The position numbers and the translations under genes were made by a program. From an uncultured Acidobacteriota bacterium (GTDB taxonomy: Bacteria > Acidobacteriota > Polarisedimenticolia > J045), in NCBI GenBank assembly GCA_963702425.1, contig CAVPCQ010000022.1, positions 1-24,116 of the forward strand: a DNA stretch of 24,116 nt. Direction: 5' to 3'. The first letter of the stretch is position 1, and each line of letters opens with the position of its first letter. The notes below the pieces were generated by a model that worked only from the letters and a program-made list of their open reading frames with translations, ran no database searches and was not told the origin of the DNA. Positions 1 to 9,164 of this stretch are shown one piece after another.

Positions 1-28
1 CAGCGGTCGCTCCGCGCGGCCCGGCGGT

Positions 29-57
29 TTGACAGTGAATGAACGTTCATTCACTCT
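29..57 (+). promoter_or_regulatory. Putative sigma70-type promoter (-35 TTGACA) overlapped by a 22-bp palindromic TetR-type operator
   Basis: TTGACA at 29-34. Perfect palindrome AGTGAATGAAC|GTTCATTCACT at 34-55. A weak -10 candidate CACTCT lies 17 bp downstream (52-57). AT-rich island directly upstream of the TetR gene. Confidence 0.8.
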
Positions 58-75
58 CACCGCTCGCGAGGAACC

Positions 76-732
76 ATGACCCCGATCGAAGTAAGCCCAC
101 CCGCCGCCGCCCCGCCCGACCGCCGCCAACAGATCCTGCAGGCGGCGATGACCTGCTTCGGCCGCCGCGGGTTCCATCCGACCACCATGCAGGACGTCGC
201 CGACGAGGCGACGGTCAGCGTCGGGCTGATCTACCGCTACTTCCCCGGCAAGGACGCGGTGATCGCGGAGATCGCGCGCGAGCACAAGGCCGACCTTGCC
301 CGGCTGCTCGAGCAGGCGCGGCAGGCACCGAGCCTCTTCGAGGCGATCGAGATCTTCTTCACCTGCCGTCACGCCGACGAGCACGCGCAGGTCATTGCTC
401 CGTTCGTGCTGGACCTCTTCGCCGAGTCGGCGCGCAACGCGCACGTGCGCGCGCTGGTCCGCGACGTTCACCACTGCTTCGTTGACGGCATCGCGGAGCT
501 GATCGCCTCGTCCGGCGACGCCGCGCGGCTGCCCCCGGGCTTCTCTCCGCGACAGGCAGCCGAGCTGATCGTCGACGCGACCCACGGACTGATGATCCGC
601 GACGTCACCGAGCTTCCCGATCTCACCCCTGCTTCGGCCTGCGCTCGGCAGCTCACCGGCCTGCGCAGCCTCTGGACGCTTCTCTTTCCTGCGGCGCCGG
701 ACCACCGCGCGCCGACGGGTGAATGCCCATGA
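76..732 (+). CDS. TetR/AcrR-family transcriptional regulator (218 aa)
   Basis: N-terminal HTH signature RRQQILQAAMTCFGRRGFHPTTMQDVADEATVSVGLIYRYFPGKDAVI. GAGGA RBS before the ATG. Stop overlaps the next start (ATGA). Confidence 0.95.
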   Translation: MTPIEVSPPAAAPPDRRQQILQAAMTCFGRRGFHPTTMQDVADEATVSVGLIYRYFPGKDAVIAEIAREHKADLARLLEQARQAPSLFEAIEIFFTCRHADEHAQVIAPFVLDLFAESARNAHVRALVRDVHHCFVDGIAELIASSGDAARLPPGFSPRQAAELIVDATHGLMIRDVTELPDLTPASACARQLTGLRSLWTLLFPAAPDHRAPTGECP

Positions 733-1859
733 GCCGCAAAGTCACCATCACCGTCGTCCTCCTGATTCTCCTCGCGAGTGCGCTCGTCGGGATCAAGGCG
801 CTGCAGATCAACGCCATGATCGACGCCGGCGCGTCGGCCTCGATCCCCGCCGAGACGATCAGCACGACCGAGGTCCGGCAGGAGACCTGGGACGCCAGCC
901 TCCCCGCCGTGGGCTCGCTCTCCCCCGTGCAGGGCGTGACCGTGCGCGCGGAGCTGCCGGGCACCGTGACGAAGATCGCCTTCGAGTCCGGCATGGTCGC
1001 CGCCGCGGGTCAGCTCCTCGTCCAGCTCGACACCTCGTCCGAACAGGCGCAGCTTCGGTCCGCAGAAGCGCAGGCGGAGCTGGCGCGGCTGAACCTGGAG
1101 CGCGCCCGCCAGCTGCGCGAGCAGGACCTGATCGCGCAGTCGGATCTCGACAGCGCCGAGGCCGCCGCGCTGCAGACCGTGGGCGGGGTCGACACCATTC
1201 GCGCGACGATCGCCAAGAAGACGATTCGCGCGCCCTTCTCGGGCCGGCTGGGGATCCGCGACGTCAACCTCGGGCAGTTCGTGGGCGCGGGCGACCCGAT
1301 CGTGTCGCTGCAGTCGCTCGACCCGATCTACGTCGACTTCACCCTGCCCGAGCAGCAGCTCGGCCGGATCGAGCCGGGGATGCGCGTCCGGATCACTACC
1401 GACGCCGCCCCCGGGCGCACCTTCGAGGGCCGCTTGACGGCGCAGAACCCGGACATCGACTCCGGCACGCGCCGGATCCGCCTGCAGGCCACGCTGCCCA
1501 ACTCCGACGGCGCCCTGCGCGCCGGGATGTTCGCGCGGGTCCAGGTCGTGCGCCCGGAAACGCAGTCCGTGCTCGTCGTGCCGGCGACGGCGGTCCTGAA
1601 TGCGCCGTACGGCGACTCGGTCTTCGTCCTCACCGAGAGCAAGGACGAGAAGACGGGGCGCGCGGGCATGCAGGTCCGGATGACCACCGTCCGCCTGGGC
1701 GAGGCCCGCGGCGACTTCGTGGCCGTGACGGACGGCCTGAAGGCCGGCGACGTGATCGCCGCCTCGGGCGTCTTCAAGCTGCGCAACGGCTCCCCGGTCA
1801 CCGTCGACAACAGCCTCGCGCCCGCCCCCAAGGCGGACCCGACGCCGTCCAACTCCTGA
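729..1859 (+). CDS. RND efflux periplasmic adaptor / membrane fusion protein (AcrA/MexH/MexV-like)
   Basis: N-terminal TM segment, lipoyl-like half motifs (VRAELPGTVTKIAFESG; TIRAPFSGRLG), coiled hairpin, LRAGMFARV and GLKAGDVIA motifs. Start placed at 729 from the ATGA overlap with the TetR stop; 723 is possible. Confidence 0.93.
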   Translation: MSRKVTITVVLLILLASALVGIKALQINAMIDAGASASIPAETISTTEVRQETWDASLPAVGSLSPVQGVTVRAELPGTVTKIAFESGMVAAAGQLLVQLDTSSEQAQLRSAEAQAELARLNLERARQLREQDLIAQSDLDSAEAAALQTVGGVDTIRATIAKKTIRAPFSGRLGIRDVNLGQFVGAGDPIVSLQSLDPIYVDFTLPEQQLGRIEPGMRVRITTDAAPGRTFEGRLTAQNPDIDSGTRRIRLQATLPNSDGALRAGMFARVQVVRPETQSVLVVPATAVLNAPYGDSVFVLTESKDEKTGRAGMQVRMTTVRLGEARGDFVAVTDGLKAGDVIAASGVFKLRNGSPVTVDNSLAPAPKADPTPSNS

Positions 1860-1870
1860 CGGGTGACGTC

Positions 1871-4800
1871 GTGAAGAACTTCACCGACCTCTTCATCCGA
1901 CGCCCGGTCCTCGCGATCGTCGTCAACCTGCTGATCGTGATCGCCGGGTTGCAGGCGATCCGCACGCTGAACGTCCGCCAGTACCCGCAGAGCCAGAACG
2001 CCTCGGTCACCGTCACGACCATCTACATCGGCGCCAGCGCGGACCTGGTGCGGGGCTTCATCACCGCGCCGCTCGAGCGGGCGATCGCCGCCGCGGACGG
2101 GATCGACTACATCGAATCGCAGAGCCAGCAGGGCGTCTCGATCATCACCGCCCGGCTCAAGCTCAACCAGGATGCGACCAGGGCGCTCTCCGAGATCAGC
2201 TCCAAGGTCGACCAGGTGCGCGGCGACCTGCCCCCCGAATCGCGCGTCCCGGTGATCAACATCGAGACCGCGGACTCACAGTTCGCATCGACCTACCTGA
2301 GCTTCAGCTCCGAGGCCCTGCAGCAGAACGAGATCACCGACTACCTCGTCCGCGTGGTGCAGCCGCGCCTGACCGCGATCGAGGGGGTGCAGCGCGCGGA
2401 CATCCTGGGCGGGCGGACCTTCGCGATGCGGATCTGGCTGAAGCCCGACCGGATGGCGGGACTGAACGTCAGCCCGGCGCAGGTCCGTCGGGCCCTGGCC
2501 GCCAACAACTACCTCGCCGCGCCCGGCCGCACGAAGGGCGCGCTGATCCAGGTGAACCTGACCGCCAATACCGACCTGCGCTCGGCCGAGGAGTTCCGCC
2601 AGCTCGTGATCCGCGAGGACGGCGGATCGCTCGTGCGCCTCGGCGACATCGCGGACGTCGTCCTGGGCGCCGAGGACTACGAGACCGAGGTCCGCTTCTC
2701 GGGCCAGACCGCGGTCTTCATGGGCGTCTGGGTGCTGCCCAACGCCAACGCGCTCGACGTCATCAAGGACGTCCGGGCCGAGATGACCCGGATCCAGGCC
2801 GAGCTGCCGAGCGGGATGAAGGCCAGCGTCGCCTACGACGCGACCGCCTACATCAACGACGCGCTCGACGAGGTCGTGAAGACCCTGCTCGAGACGCTGC
2901 TGATCGTGGTCATCGTCATCTTCCTGTTCCTCGGCTCGTTCCGCTCCGTGCTGGTCCCCGTGATGGCGATTCCGATCTCGCTGATCGGGGCGATCTTCCT
3001 GATGCAGGTCTTCGGCTTCACGATCAACCTGCTGACGCTGCTCGCGATCGTGCTGTCGGTCGGACTCGTCGTCGACGACGCGATCGTCGTCGTCGAGAAC
3101 ATCGAGCGGCGGCTGCGCCAGGGCCTGACGCCGATCCAGGCCGCGATCCTCGGCGCGCGCGAGCTGGTCGGACCGATCATCGCGATGACGATCACGCTGG
3201 CCGCGGTCTACGCGCCGATCGGGCTCCAGGGAGGCCTGACGGGCGCGCTGTTCCGCGAGTTCGCGTTCACGCTGGCCGGCGCCGTCACGATCTCCGGGAT
3301 CGTCGCGCTGACCCTCTCGCCGCTGATGTCCTCGCGCCTGCTCGACGCGAAGGCCGAGGAGCGCGGCTTCGCCGGCCGCATCAACCGCGACTTCGACCGT
3401 TTCCGCGAGTTCTACGGCCGGCTGCTCGACGCGACGCTGCGCGCGCGCCCCGCCGTCTACACCGCGTGGATCGTGATCGCGCTCCTCTCGATCCCGATGT
3501 TCATGATGTCGTCCCGGGAGCTGGCCCCGACCGAGGACCAGGGGGTCGTCTTCGGCATCGTCGAGGGACCTGCGAACGCGACGATCGACGAGACGATGCG
3601 GTACGCAGAGCAGGCGAACAAGGACCTGATGGCGCTCCCGGAGACCGCGTACACGTTCCAGATCACCTTCGCCAACTCCGGCTTCGGCGGCGCCGCCCTC
3701 AAGCCGTGGAGCGAGCGCGAGCGGACCGCGTTCGAGATCCTGCCCGAGATCGAGCAGAAACTGACGAAGATCTCCGGGATCCGGATGTTCCCGGTGCTGC
3801 CGCCGGCGCTCCCGGGCGGCGGGCAGTTCCCGGTGGAGTTCGTGCTGGCCTCGACCGCGGAGCCGCAGCGGATCCTCGAGTTCGCCGACCGCCTGCAGCA
3901 GAAGGCGGCCCAGAGCGGGCTCTTCGCCTTCCCGCCGATCATCGACACCAAGATCGACCAGCCGCAGACCGAGATCGTGATCGACCGCGACAAGGCGGCG
4001 GCGCTGGGCCTGAGCCTCGAGGACGTCGGGGCCGACATCTCGGCCGCGCTGGGCGGCGACTACGTCAACCGCTTCAACATCGACGGGCGCAGCTACAAGG
4101 TCATCCCCCAGATCGAGCGGAGTGCGCGCCTCACGCCCGCGCAGGTCGAGCAGATCTACGTGACCGGCCCCGGCGGGAAGCTGATGCCGCTCAGCACGAT
4201 CGCCAGCCTCGCGAACACCACCGAGCCGCGCTCGCTCAACCGCTTCCAGCAGCTCAACGCCGTCAAGCTCAGCGGCGTGGCGATCGTCCCACTCGACCAG
4301 GCGTTGCGCTACCTGGAGGACGAGGCGGCGGCGATGCTGCCCGACGGCTACACCCTCGATTACACCGGAGAGTCGCGGCAGCTCCGCACCGAGGGGAACA
4401 AGTTCCTCCCGGCGTTCGGCCTGGCGCTGGTGCTGATCTTCCTGGTGCTCGCCGCGCAGTTCAACAGCTTCCGCGACCCGTTCGTGATCCTTGCCGGATC
4501 GGTGCCGCTGGCGATGTTCGGCGCGCTGGTAATGACCTTCCTCAAGATGCCCAACCCGAACATGGCGTTCTTCACCGACGGCTGGACGACGACGCTCAAC
4601 ATCTACTCGCAGGTCGGGCTCGTGACCCTCGTCGGACTGGTCGCCAAGAACGGCATCCTGATCGTCGAGTTCGCCAACGAGCTGCAGCGCAAGGGGCACG
4701 ACAAGATCGAGGCGATCCGCCAGGGCGCCAGGACGCGGCTGCGGCCGGTCCTGATGACGAGCGTGGCCACGGTCGCCGGCCACTTCCCGCTGACTCTGGT

Positions 4801-5005
4801 GACCGGCGCGGGCGCCGAGGCGCGCAACTCGATCGGGCTCGTGCTCGTGGCCGGCATGGCGGTGGGGACGCTCTTCACGCTCTTCATCGTGCCGTCGCTC
4901 TACGTGCTGATCGCGCGCGACCACGCCGCCGACGCGCGGTCGAGGGCGGCCGTCGACGCCGCGGAGGCCGAGGCGCTCGGGGCCCCGGTGGGCGCGGAGG
5001 CGTAG
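1871..5005 (+). CDS. RND efflux transporter permease (HAE1; AcrB/MexW/MexI-like), about 1044 aa
   Basis: GTG start at 1871 gives FTDLFIRRPVLAIV. Proton-relay motifs VGLVVDDAIVVVENI, AKNGILIVEFAN and RLRPVLMTS are present. The track's extension to 719 is a shadow frame of the MFP gene. Confidence 0.95.
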   Translation: MKNFTDLFIRRPVLAIVVNLLIVIAGLQAIRTLNVRQYPQSQNASVTVTTIYIGASADLVRGFITAPLERAIAAADGIDYIESQSQQGVSIITARLKLNQDATRALSEISSKVDQVRGDLPPESRVPVINIETADSQFASTYLSFSSEALQQNEITDYLVRVVQPRLTAIEGVQRADILGGRTFAMRIWLKPDRMAGLNVSPAQVRRALAANNYLAAPGRTKGALIQVNLTANTDLRSAEEFRQLVIREDGGSLVRLGDIADVVLGAEDYETEVRFSGQTAVFMGVWVLPNANALDVIKDVRAEMTRIQAELPSGMKASVAYDATAYINDALDEVVKTLLETLLIVVIVIFLFLGSFRSVLVPVMAIPISLIGAIFLMQVFGFTINLLTLLAIVLSVGLVVDDAIVVVENIERRLRQGLTPIQAAILGARELVGPIIAMTITLAAVYAPIGLQGGLTGALFREFAFTLAGAVTISGIVALTLSPLMSSRLLDAKAEERGFAGRINRDFDRFREFYGRLLDATLRARPAVYTAWIVIALLSIPMFMMSSRELAPTEDQGVVFGIVEGPANATIDETMRYAEQANKDLMALPETAYTFQITFANSGFGGAALKPWSERERTAFEILPEIEQKLTKISGIRMFPVLPPALPGGGQFPVEFVLASTAEPQRILEFADRLQQKAAQSGLFAFPPIIDTKIDQPQTEIVIDRDKAAALGLSLEDVGADISAALGGDYVNRFNIDGRSYKVIPQIERSARLTPAQVEQIYVTGPGGKLMPLSTIASLANTTEPRSLNRFQQLNAVKLSGVAIVPLDQALRYLEDEAAAMLPDGYTLDYTGESRQLRTEGNKFLPAFGLALVLIFLVLAAQFNSFRDPFVILAGSVPLAMFGALVMTFLKMPNPNMAFFTDGWTTTLNIYSQVGLVTLVGLVAKNGILIVEFANELQRKGHDKIEAIRQGARTRLRPVLMTSVATVAGHFPLTLVTGAGAEARNSIGLVLVAGMAVGTLFTLFIVPSLYVLIARDHAADARSRAAVDAAEAEALGAPVGAEA

Positions 5006-5018
5006 CCGGCCTTCGGCG

Positions 5019-6494
5019 TCACGCCCGGCGGCCTCCCCGAGCGTCCTGGCGGAGCACCTCGGCCAGCGCGTCGACCCCGCGCGTCAGCGGCTCCGGCGCG
5101 AGGCTCGAGAAGCCGAGACGCAGGTGCCGCACCGGCCCCGGCTCGATTCGGTAGACCCCCTCGTGCACGGCGAAGATCCCCGCCGCCCGTGCGGCGCGCG
5201 CGACCCGCCGCGCGTCGCGCTTCGTGTCGAGCCAGAGCGCCATTCCCCCGTCGGGGGTCTCCCAATCGACGTCGACCGTCTCCCGCGCGCGCGCGAGCGC
5301 CTCGACCATCGCGTCACGGCGCGCCTCGTAGTGGCGGCGCATCCGGCGCATGTGCCGTTCGATCCCCCCCGACGCGAACCAGCGTGCGATCGCGTCCTGC
5401 ACGATGGCGTCGTTCTGGTGGCTCACGATCCGCCGGAACTGCACCACCTCGCGCTCCAGGGCGGGAGGCACGGCGAGGAAGCCGATCCGCGCCGCCGGGA
5501 AGAGAACCTTGGAAAGGGTCGAGGCGTAGACCACCCGTTCGTCGGGATCGTAGGACGCGAGCGGCGGCAGCGGCTCGGTGCGGAAGTGGAACTCGTGATC
5601 GTAGTCGTCCTCGAAGATCACGATCCCGTGGCGCGAGGCGACCTCGTAGACCGCGAGCCGGCGTGCGACCGAGAGGGTCGAGGTCGTCGGGAACTGGTGC
5701 AGCGGCGTGAGGAAGAGCAGCCGGATCCGATGACGCCGCGCGAGGCGATCGAGCGCGTCGGCGTCGATCCCCTCGCGGTCCATCCCGATCCCGACGATCC
5801 GCGCACCCGCGGTGCGGAAGGCCTCCCGCGCCGGCGGGTAGGTCAGCTCCTCCATCGCCACGACGTCTCCGGAGCGGATGAGCAGCTGCGCAACGAGATA
5901 GACCCCTTCCTGGGAACCGTTCGTGACCACGACGCGGCGACCGGTGACCCCGCGGATCCGACGCAGGTAGTCTTCGAGCGCCTCCAGCAGGGACGGCAGG
6001 CCGCGCGGGTCGCCGTAGTCCAGGAGCGCCGGGCGCGCGCGGCGCAGCGCGTCGGCGACGTGGGAGCGGAACTCCCGCAACGGGAAGAGCGAGTAGTCGG
6101 GGATCCCCGACTCGAGGTTGTAGCGAACCCCGGCCGCCGGGGCGAACGGGGAGAGCCGCGCCTGTCTCGACCACTCCCAGCGATGGGGGCACGCGGCACG
6201 CGACGGTCTCCGCGCCGAATCCGGCCCCGCGCGGAAGTAGTCGACGGGGAGCGTCGGCGCGACCCGCAGCGCGCGTCGCTCCTCCCCGACGATCCAGCCC
6301 TCCGCCTTCAGCTCCTCGAGGGCGGCGATGACGGTGTTGCGGTGCACGCTGAGCGCCTCGGCCAGCTCGCGGATCGAAGGCAGGGCCTCGCCGGGGAGCG
6401 CCCGGCCCCCGGCGAGCGCCTCACGGAACGCGCGGGCGATCCTCAGGTAGTGCGGCTGGCGGCCGGCAGGTACGGCGAGCTGGAGGCCCCTCAT
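5019..6494 (-). CDS. MocR/GabR-family GntR regulator (wHTH plus PLP-binding aminotransferase-like domain), 491 aa
   Basis: LPSIRELAEALSVHRNTVIAALEELKAEGWI (GntR HTH); YGDPRG; VVTNGSQEG; IFEDDYDHEF; STLSKVLFPAARIGFL containing the PLP lysine. Confidence 0.95.
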   Translation of the reverse strand: MRGLQLAVPAGRQPHYLRIARAFREALAGGRALPGEALPSIRELAEALSVHRNTVIAALEELKAEGWIVGEERRALRVAPTLPVDYFRAGPDSARRPSRAACPHRWEWSRQARLSPFAPAAGVRYNLESGIPDYSLFPLREFRSHVADALRRARPALLDYGDPRGLPSLLEALEDYLRRIRGVTGRRVVVTNGSQEGVYLVAQLLIRSGDVVAMEELTYPPAREAFRTAGARIVGIGMDREGIDADALDRLARRHRIRLLFLTPLHQFPTTSTLSVARRLAVYEVASRHGIVIFEDDYDHEFHFRTEPLPPLASYDPDERVVYASTLSKVLFPAARIGFLAVPPALEREVVQFRRIVSHQNDAIVQDAIARWFASGGIERHMRRMRRHYEARRDAMVEALARARETVDVDWETPDGGMALWLDTKRDARRVARAARAAGIFAVHEGVYRIEPGPVRHLRLGFSSLAPEPLTRGVDALAEVLRQDARGGRRA

Positions 6495-6533
6495 CGCGTC
6501 TCCGGGCCGAACGCCGCGTCGCGCGGGCGTTTC

Positions 6534-6579
6534 TCTGGTCTACGAGAATCTCATGATCTGGTACTTTTCGATAGATCAG
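6534..6579. promoter_or_regulatory. Candidate MocR operator: two direct repeats plus one degenerate inverted copy
   Basis: TCTGGT at 6534-6539 and 6557-6562 (23-bp period). AGATCAG at 6573-6579 is the reverse complement of CTGATCT, which resembles CTGGTCT of repeat 1. Located in an AT-rich patch between divergent genes. Confidence 0.55.
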
Positions 6580-6656
6580 CGATCCCGTAGCGTCGGTTGC
6601 CTGGCGCGCCGTGCCCCGCCCGGGGGGCCGGGCCGGAGCGCCGGAGAGGGGGTTTC

Positions 6657-9041
6657 ATGGACGACGGAACGGAGCAGGAGAACGGCATGGGACGGGAGAG
6701 CGGTACGAAGCGGCGAGACGGCAGGCGCCCTGCCGGCGGCGCACGTGGCGCGGGATGGATGGCCGCGGCGGCCGTAGCGTTCGCGATGGCGGCCGCCGGC
6801 CCGCCCGCGCTCGCTCATTCCGTTCCGATGACGGCGCAGGAGATGGTCCGGGCCTCCCGGTTCATCGTCGTCGCCCGCGTCGAGCGGGCCACGCCGCTCT
6901 GGAACCAGCAGCACAACCTGATCCTCACCCGCTACACGCTGACCGTCGAGGATCCGCTGCGCGGGACCCCGCCGCGCGAACTCGAAGTGACCGAGGCCGG
7001 GGGAACGCTGGACGGCGAGACGCAGCGCTCGTGCATGACGGTCGGCCTCGAGACCGGACGGCGGTACGTCCTGTTCGTCAACGACCCCGGCGTGCCCTCC
7101 TTCAGCGCGTTCACGGGCGCCCAGTCCGGCGCTCTCCTCGAGGTTCCGGCCGAGGCGGGCGCCGGGACCGGCGGGGAACCGACGATCGCCGCGGCCGGCG
7201 GAGCGTTCGTCGAGCTGACCGGCGGGCAGCGCGTCGCCTTCCGCGAGTTCATCGAGCGGCTGCGGCGTTTCGTCGTCGAGACCGAGGCCGCGCCCGCACC
7301 GCCGGCGCTCGCGCCGGTCGTTCACGACCCGCCGCTGCCGTCCAAGACCTTCGAGCCGGTGACGCCGATGGACGTCCTGGTGCCCGTGGTCCCGATCGAC
7401 CGCGGCACCGCGCCGATCGTCGCGACGCCCGCCGAGGGACCGGAACCCCCCAGCCATCCGCAGCTCCGCGTCTACGGCGAGGAGGCCGGCCGGCTCGTCC
7501 CTCCCCGCCCCGACTCGACCGACTACAGCTACTCGCGCGCGCCGGGCCGCTACATCGTCTGGAACCAGTTGACGCCGGGCTTCGCCCCCTGGTCGCCGCA
7601 CGACCAGATGATGATGTCGCGCTGGAACAGCTACGGCGACATCCACCGGGTCTCGAGCGCACCGACCGGGAACTGGGCCTGGGGCAACAACCGCTACGAC
7701 ATGACCGGCTGGCCGTCGAGCCAGGACATGATGAACCAGTTCGGCCGCGGATGGGGAGCGAACGAGCTGGCGATCTGCTGGTCCCGCTGGTTCGGCGACG
7801 GCCCGATCGTCGAGTCCGACATCTCGATGAACCCGGCCTTCGGCTGGACGCTCGACAACGAGGAAGGAACCCACAGCGACGGCGCGTGGGGCTACGACCA
7901 GTCAGTGCTGCACGAGCTGGGTCACTCGTGGGGCCTGGCGCATCCCTGGGAGGTGCAGGACGTCTGGTGGGACTCGGTGATGAACTACTCGCCGAAGCCG
8001 ATGCGCTACCCGAACCTGTACGCCGACGACACCAACGCGATCCGCGCCGCGTACCCGGGAATCGGCGTCCACGACGGGCTGCTCTCGATGTACCAGACCA
8101 CGGACGCCATGAGCAACAACAACGCGGCGTACCTCGATACCTACCCGAACGTCTACACCGTGCAGCAGATGGACTCCTTCCGCTTCAATCAGAACTTCAA
8201 GATCGAGAACATCGGGACCGACAACATCGTCAACCCGCAGATCGAGGTCTACCTCACGCCGCAGCGGATGAACTGGTCCGGGAACGTCTACCTGCAGACG
8301 CTCTATTACGGCTTCACGATGGGCACGTACGCGACCTGGTCGCTCGACGCGGGCTGGATCTATGTCCCCTGGAGCACGCCGCCCGGCGACTACTGGGTGG
8401 GGCTCTGGCTGCGGGACGCCTCCGACCCTTACACCCACAACAACGAGGCGTGGGGCTCGCGGGAGAACGACACGCTGCGCGTGACCTCCTACCCCTGGAC
8501 GATCTACCCCGTGTCCTGGTGGCAGGCGCAGACGGTCACGCTCGGCCCGAACGGGCGCTACGACTTCTACTTCTACGCCTACCCGGGGCAGCGCTTCGAC
8601 TTCAGCACCTGCCCGAACGACGGCGGGAGCGGTTCGTTCGACACGGTGATCGAGGTCTACGACCCGTTCGGCTCCCAGGTCGGGTACGCCGACGACGACT
8701 GCGGCGTGCAGTCCCGCATCTCGCTCGAGACCGCGACGGAGGGCTCGTATCGCGTCTCCGTCCGCGGCTACTTCTCCTACTCCTACGGCCCCTTCTCGCT
8801 CGTCTATCGGTTGCGCGGCTTCGAGGAGAGCGCCTCCTTGCAGGTGGCAGCTCTCGGGACCGACCCCGGAACGGACTCGGTCGTGATTTCCTGGGTCGGC
8901 GACGTCGGGCCGTACGATCTCGAGCGTGCGACGCTTCCCGACTTCTCCGACGCCGCCCGGCTCCTGACCGGGGCCTTCGACACCTCCTACGCGGATCCCG
9001 TGCTCTCGGACGGCGTCAACTACTTCTACCGGGTGAGGTGA
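6657..9041 (+). CDS. Secreted multidomain metzincin (matrixin-like) zinc metalloprotease with Ig/CARDB-like, PPC-like and short C-terminal beta domains
   Basis: Signal peptide ending PPALA. Zinc motif HELGHSWGLAH (7911-7943) and Met-turn SVMNY. PPC-like segment FDTVIEVYD...DDDCGVQSRI...GSYRVSVRGY. Start at ATG 6657 (GGAG upstream) or ATG 6687 (AGGAG upstream). Confidence 0.85.
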   Translation: MDDGTEQENGMGRESGTKRRDGRRPAGGARGAGWMAAAAVAFAMAAAGPPALAHSVPMTAQEMVRASRFIVVARVERATPLWNQQHNLILTRYTLTVEDPLRGTPPRELEVTEAGGTLDGETQRSCMTVGLETGRRYVLFVNDPGVPSFSAFTGAQSGALLEVPAEAGAGTGGEPTIAAAGGAFVELTGGQRVAFREFIERLRRFVVETEAAPAPPALAPVVHDPPLPSKTFEPVTPMDVLVPVVPIDRGTAPIVATPAEGPEPPSHPQLRVYGEEAGRLVPPRPDSTDYSYSRAPGRYIVWNQLTPGFAPWSPHDQMMMSRWNSYGDIHRVSSAPTGNWAWGNNRYDMTGWPSSQDMMNQFGRGWGANELAICWSRWFGDGPIVESDISMNPAFGWTLDNEEGTHSDGAWGYDQSVLHELGHSWGLAHPWEVQDVWWDSVMNYSPKPMRYPNLYADDTNAIRAAYPGIGVHDGLLSMYQTTDAMSNNNAAYLDTYPNVYTVQQMDSFRFNQNFKIENIGTDNIVNPQIEVYLTPQRMNWSGNVYLQTLYYGFTMGTYATWSLDAGWIYVPWSTPPGDYWVGLWLRDASDPYTHNNEAWGSRENDTLRVTSYPWTIYPVSWWQAQTVTLGPNGRYDFYFYAYPGQRFDFSTCPNDGGSGSFDTVIEVYDPFGSQVGYADDDCGVQSRISLETATEGSYRVSVRGYFSYSYGPFSLVYRLRGFEESASLQVAALGTDPGTDSVVISWVGDVGPYDLERATLPDFSDAARLLTGAFDTSYADPVLSDGVNYFYRVR

Positions 9042-9109
9042 GCCTGCGGACGCGAGGCGCGAGAGGATCCGGATCCCGATCGCAGGTTGGGAGCCGGGTG
9101 AGGCTGGAC

Positions 9110-9164
9110 CGGGAGAGGCCCGCAGGTGCCCCGTATCGACCGGGGCCGTTGCGCGCCTCTCCCG
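9110..9164. terminator. Long imperfect hairpin between convergent genes (possible bidirectional terminator or RNA stability element)
   Basis: CGGGAGAGGC (9110-9119) pairs with GCCTCTCCCG (9155-9164). Inner stems CGCA/TGCG and GCCCCG/CGGGGC close a 7-nt loop. No U-tract. Confidence 0.5.

Noticed and set aside
719-1870. Apparent 1428-aa giant RND protein with a 384-aa N-terminal extension
   Set aside because: The extension is Arg/Pro-rich off-frame translation overlapping the MFP gene. The real RND N-terminus begins at GTG 1871.
2276-4924. 882-aa antisense ORF and other long overlapping ORFs (3466-5154, 5124-6590, 6611-9334, 12861-15284, 13214-14500)
   Set aside because: These are shadow ORFs expected in high-GC coding DNA. 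They have no motifs, skewed composition, and fully overlap well-supported genes.
5005-5018. Tiny GCCG/CGGC hairpin between the RND and MocR stop codons
   Set aside because: A 4-bp stem with no U-tract is expected by chance.
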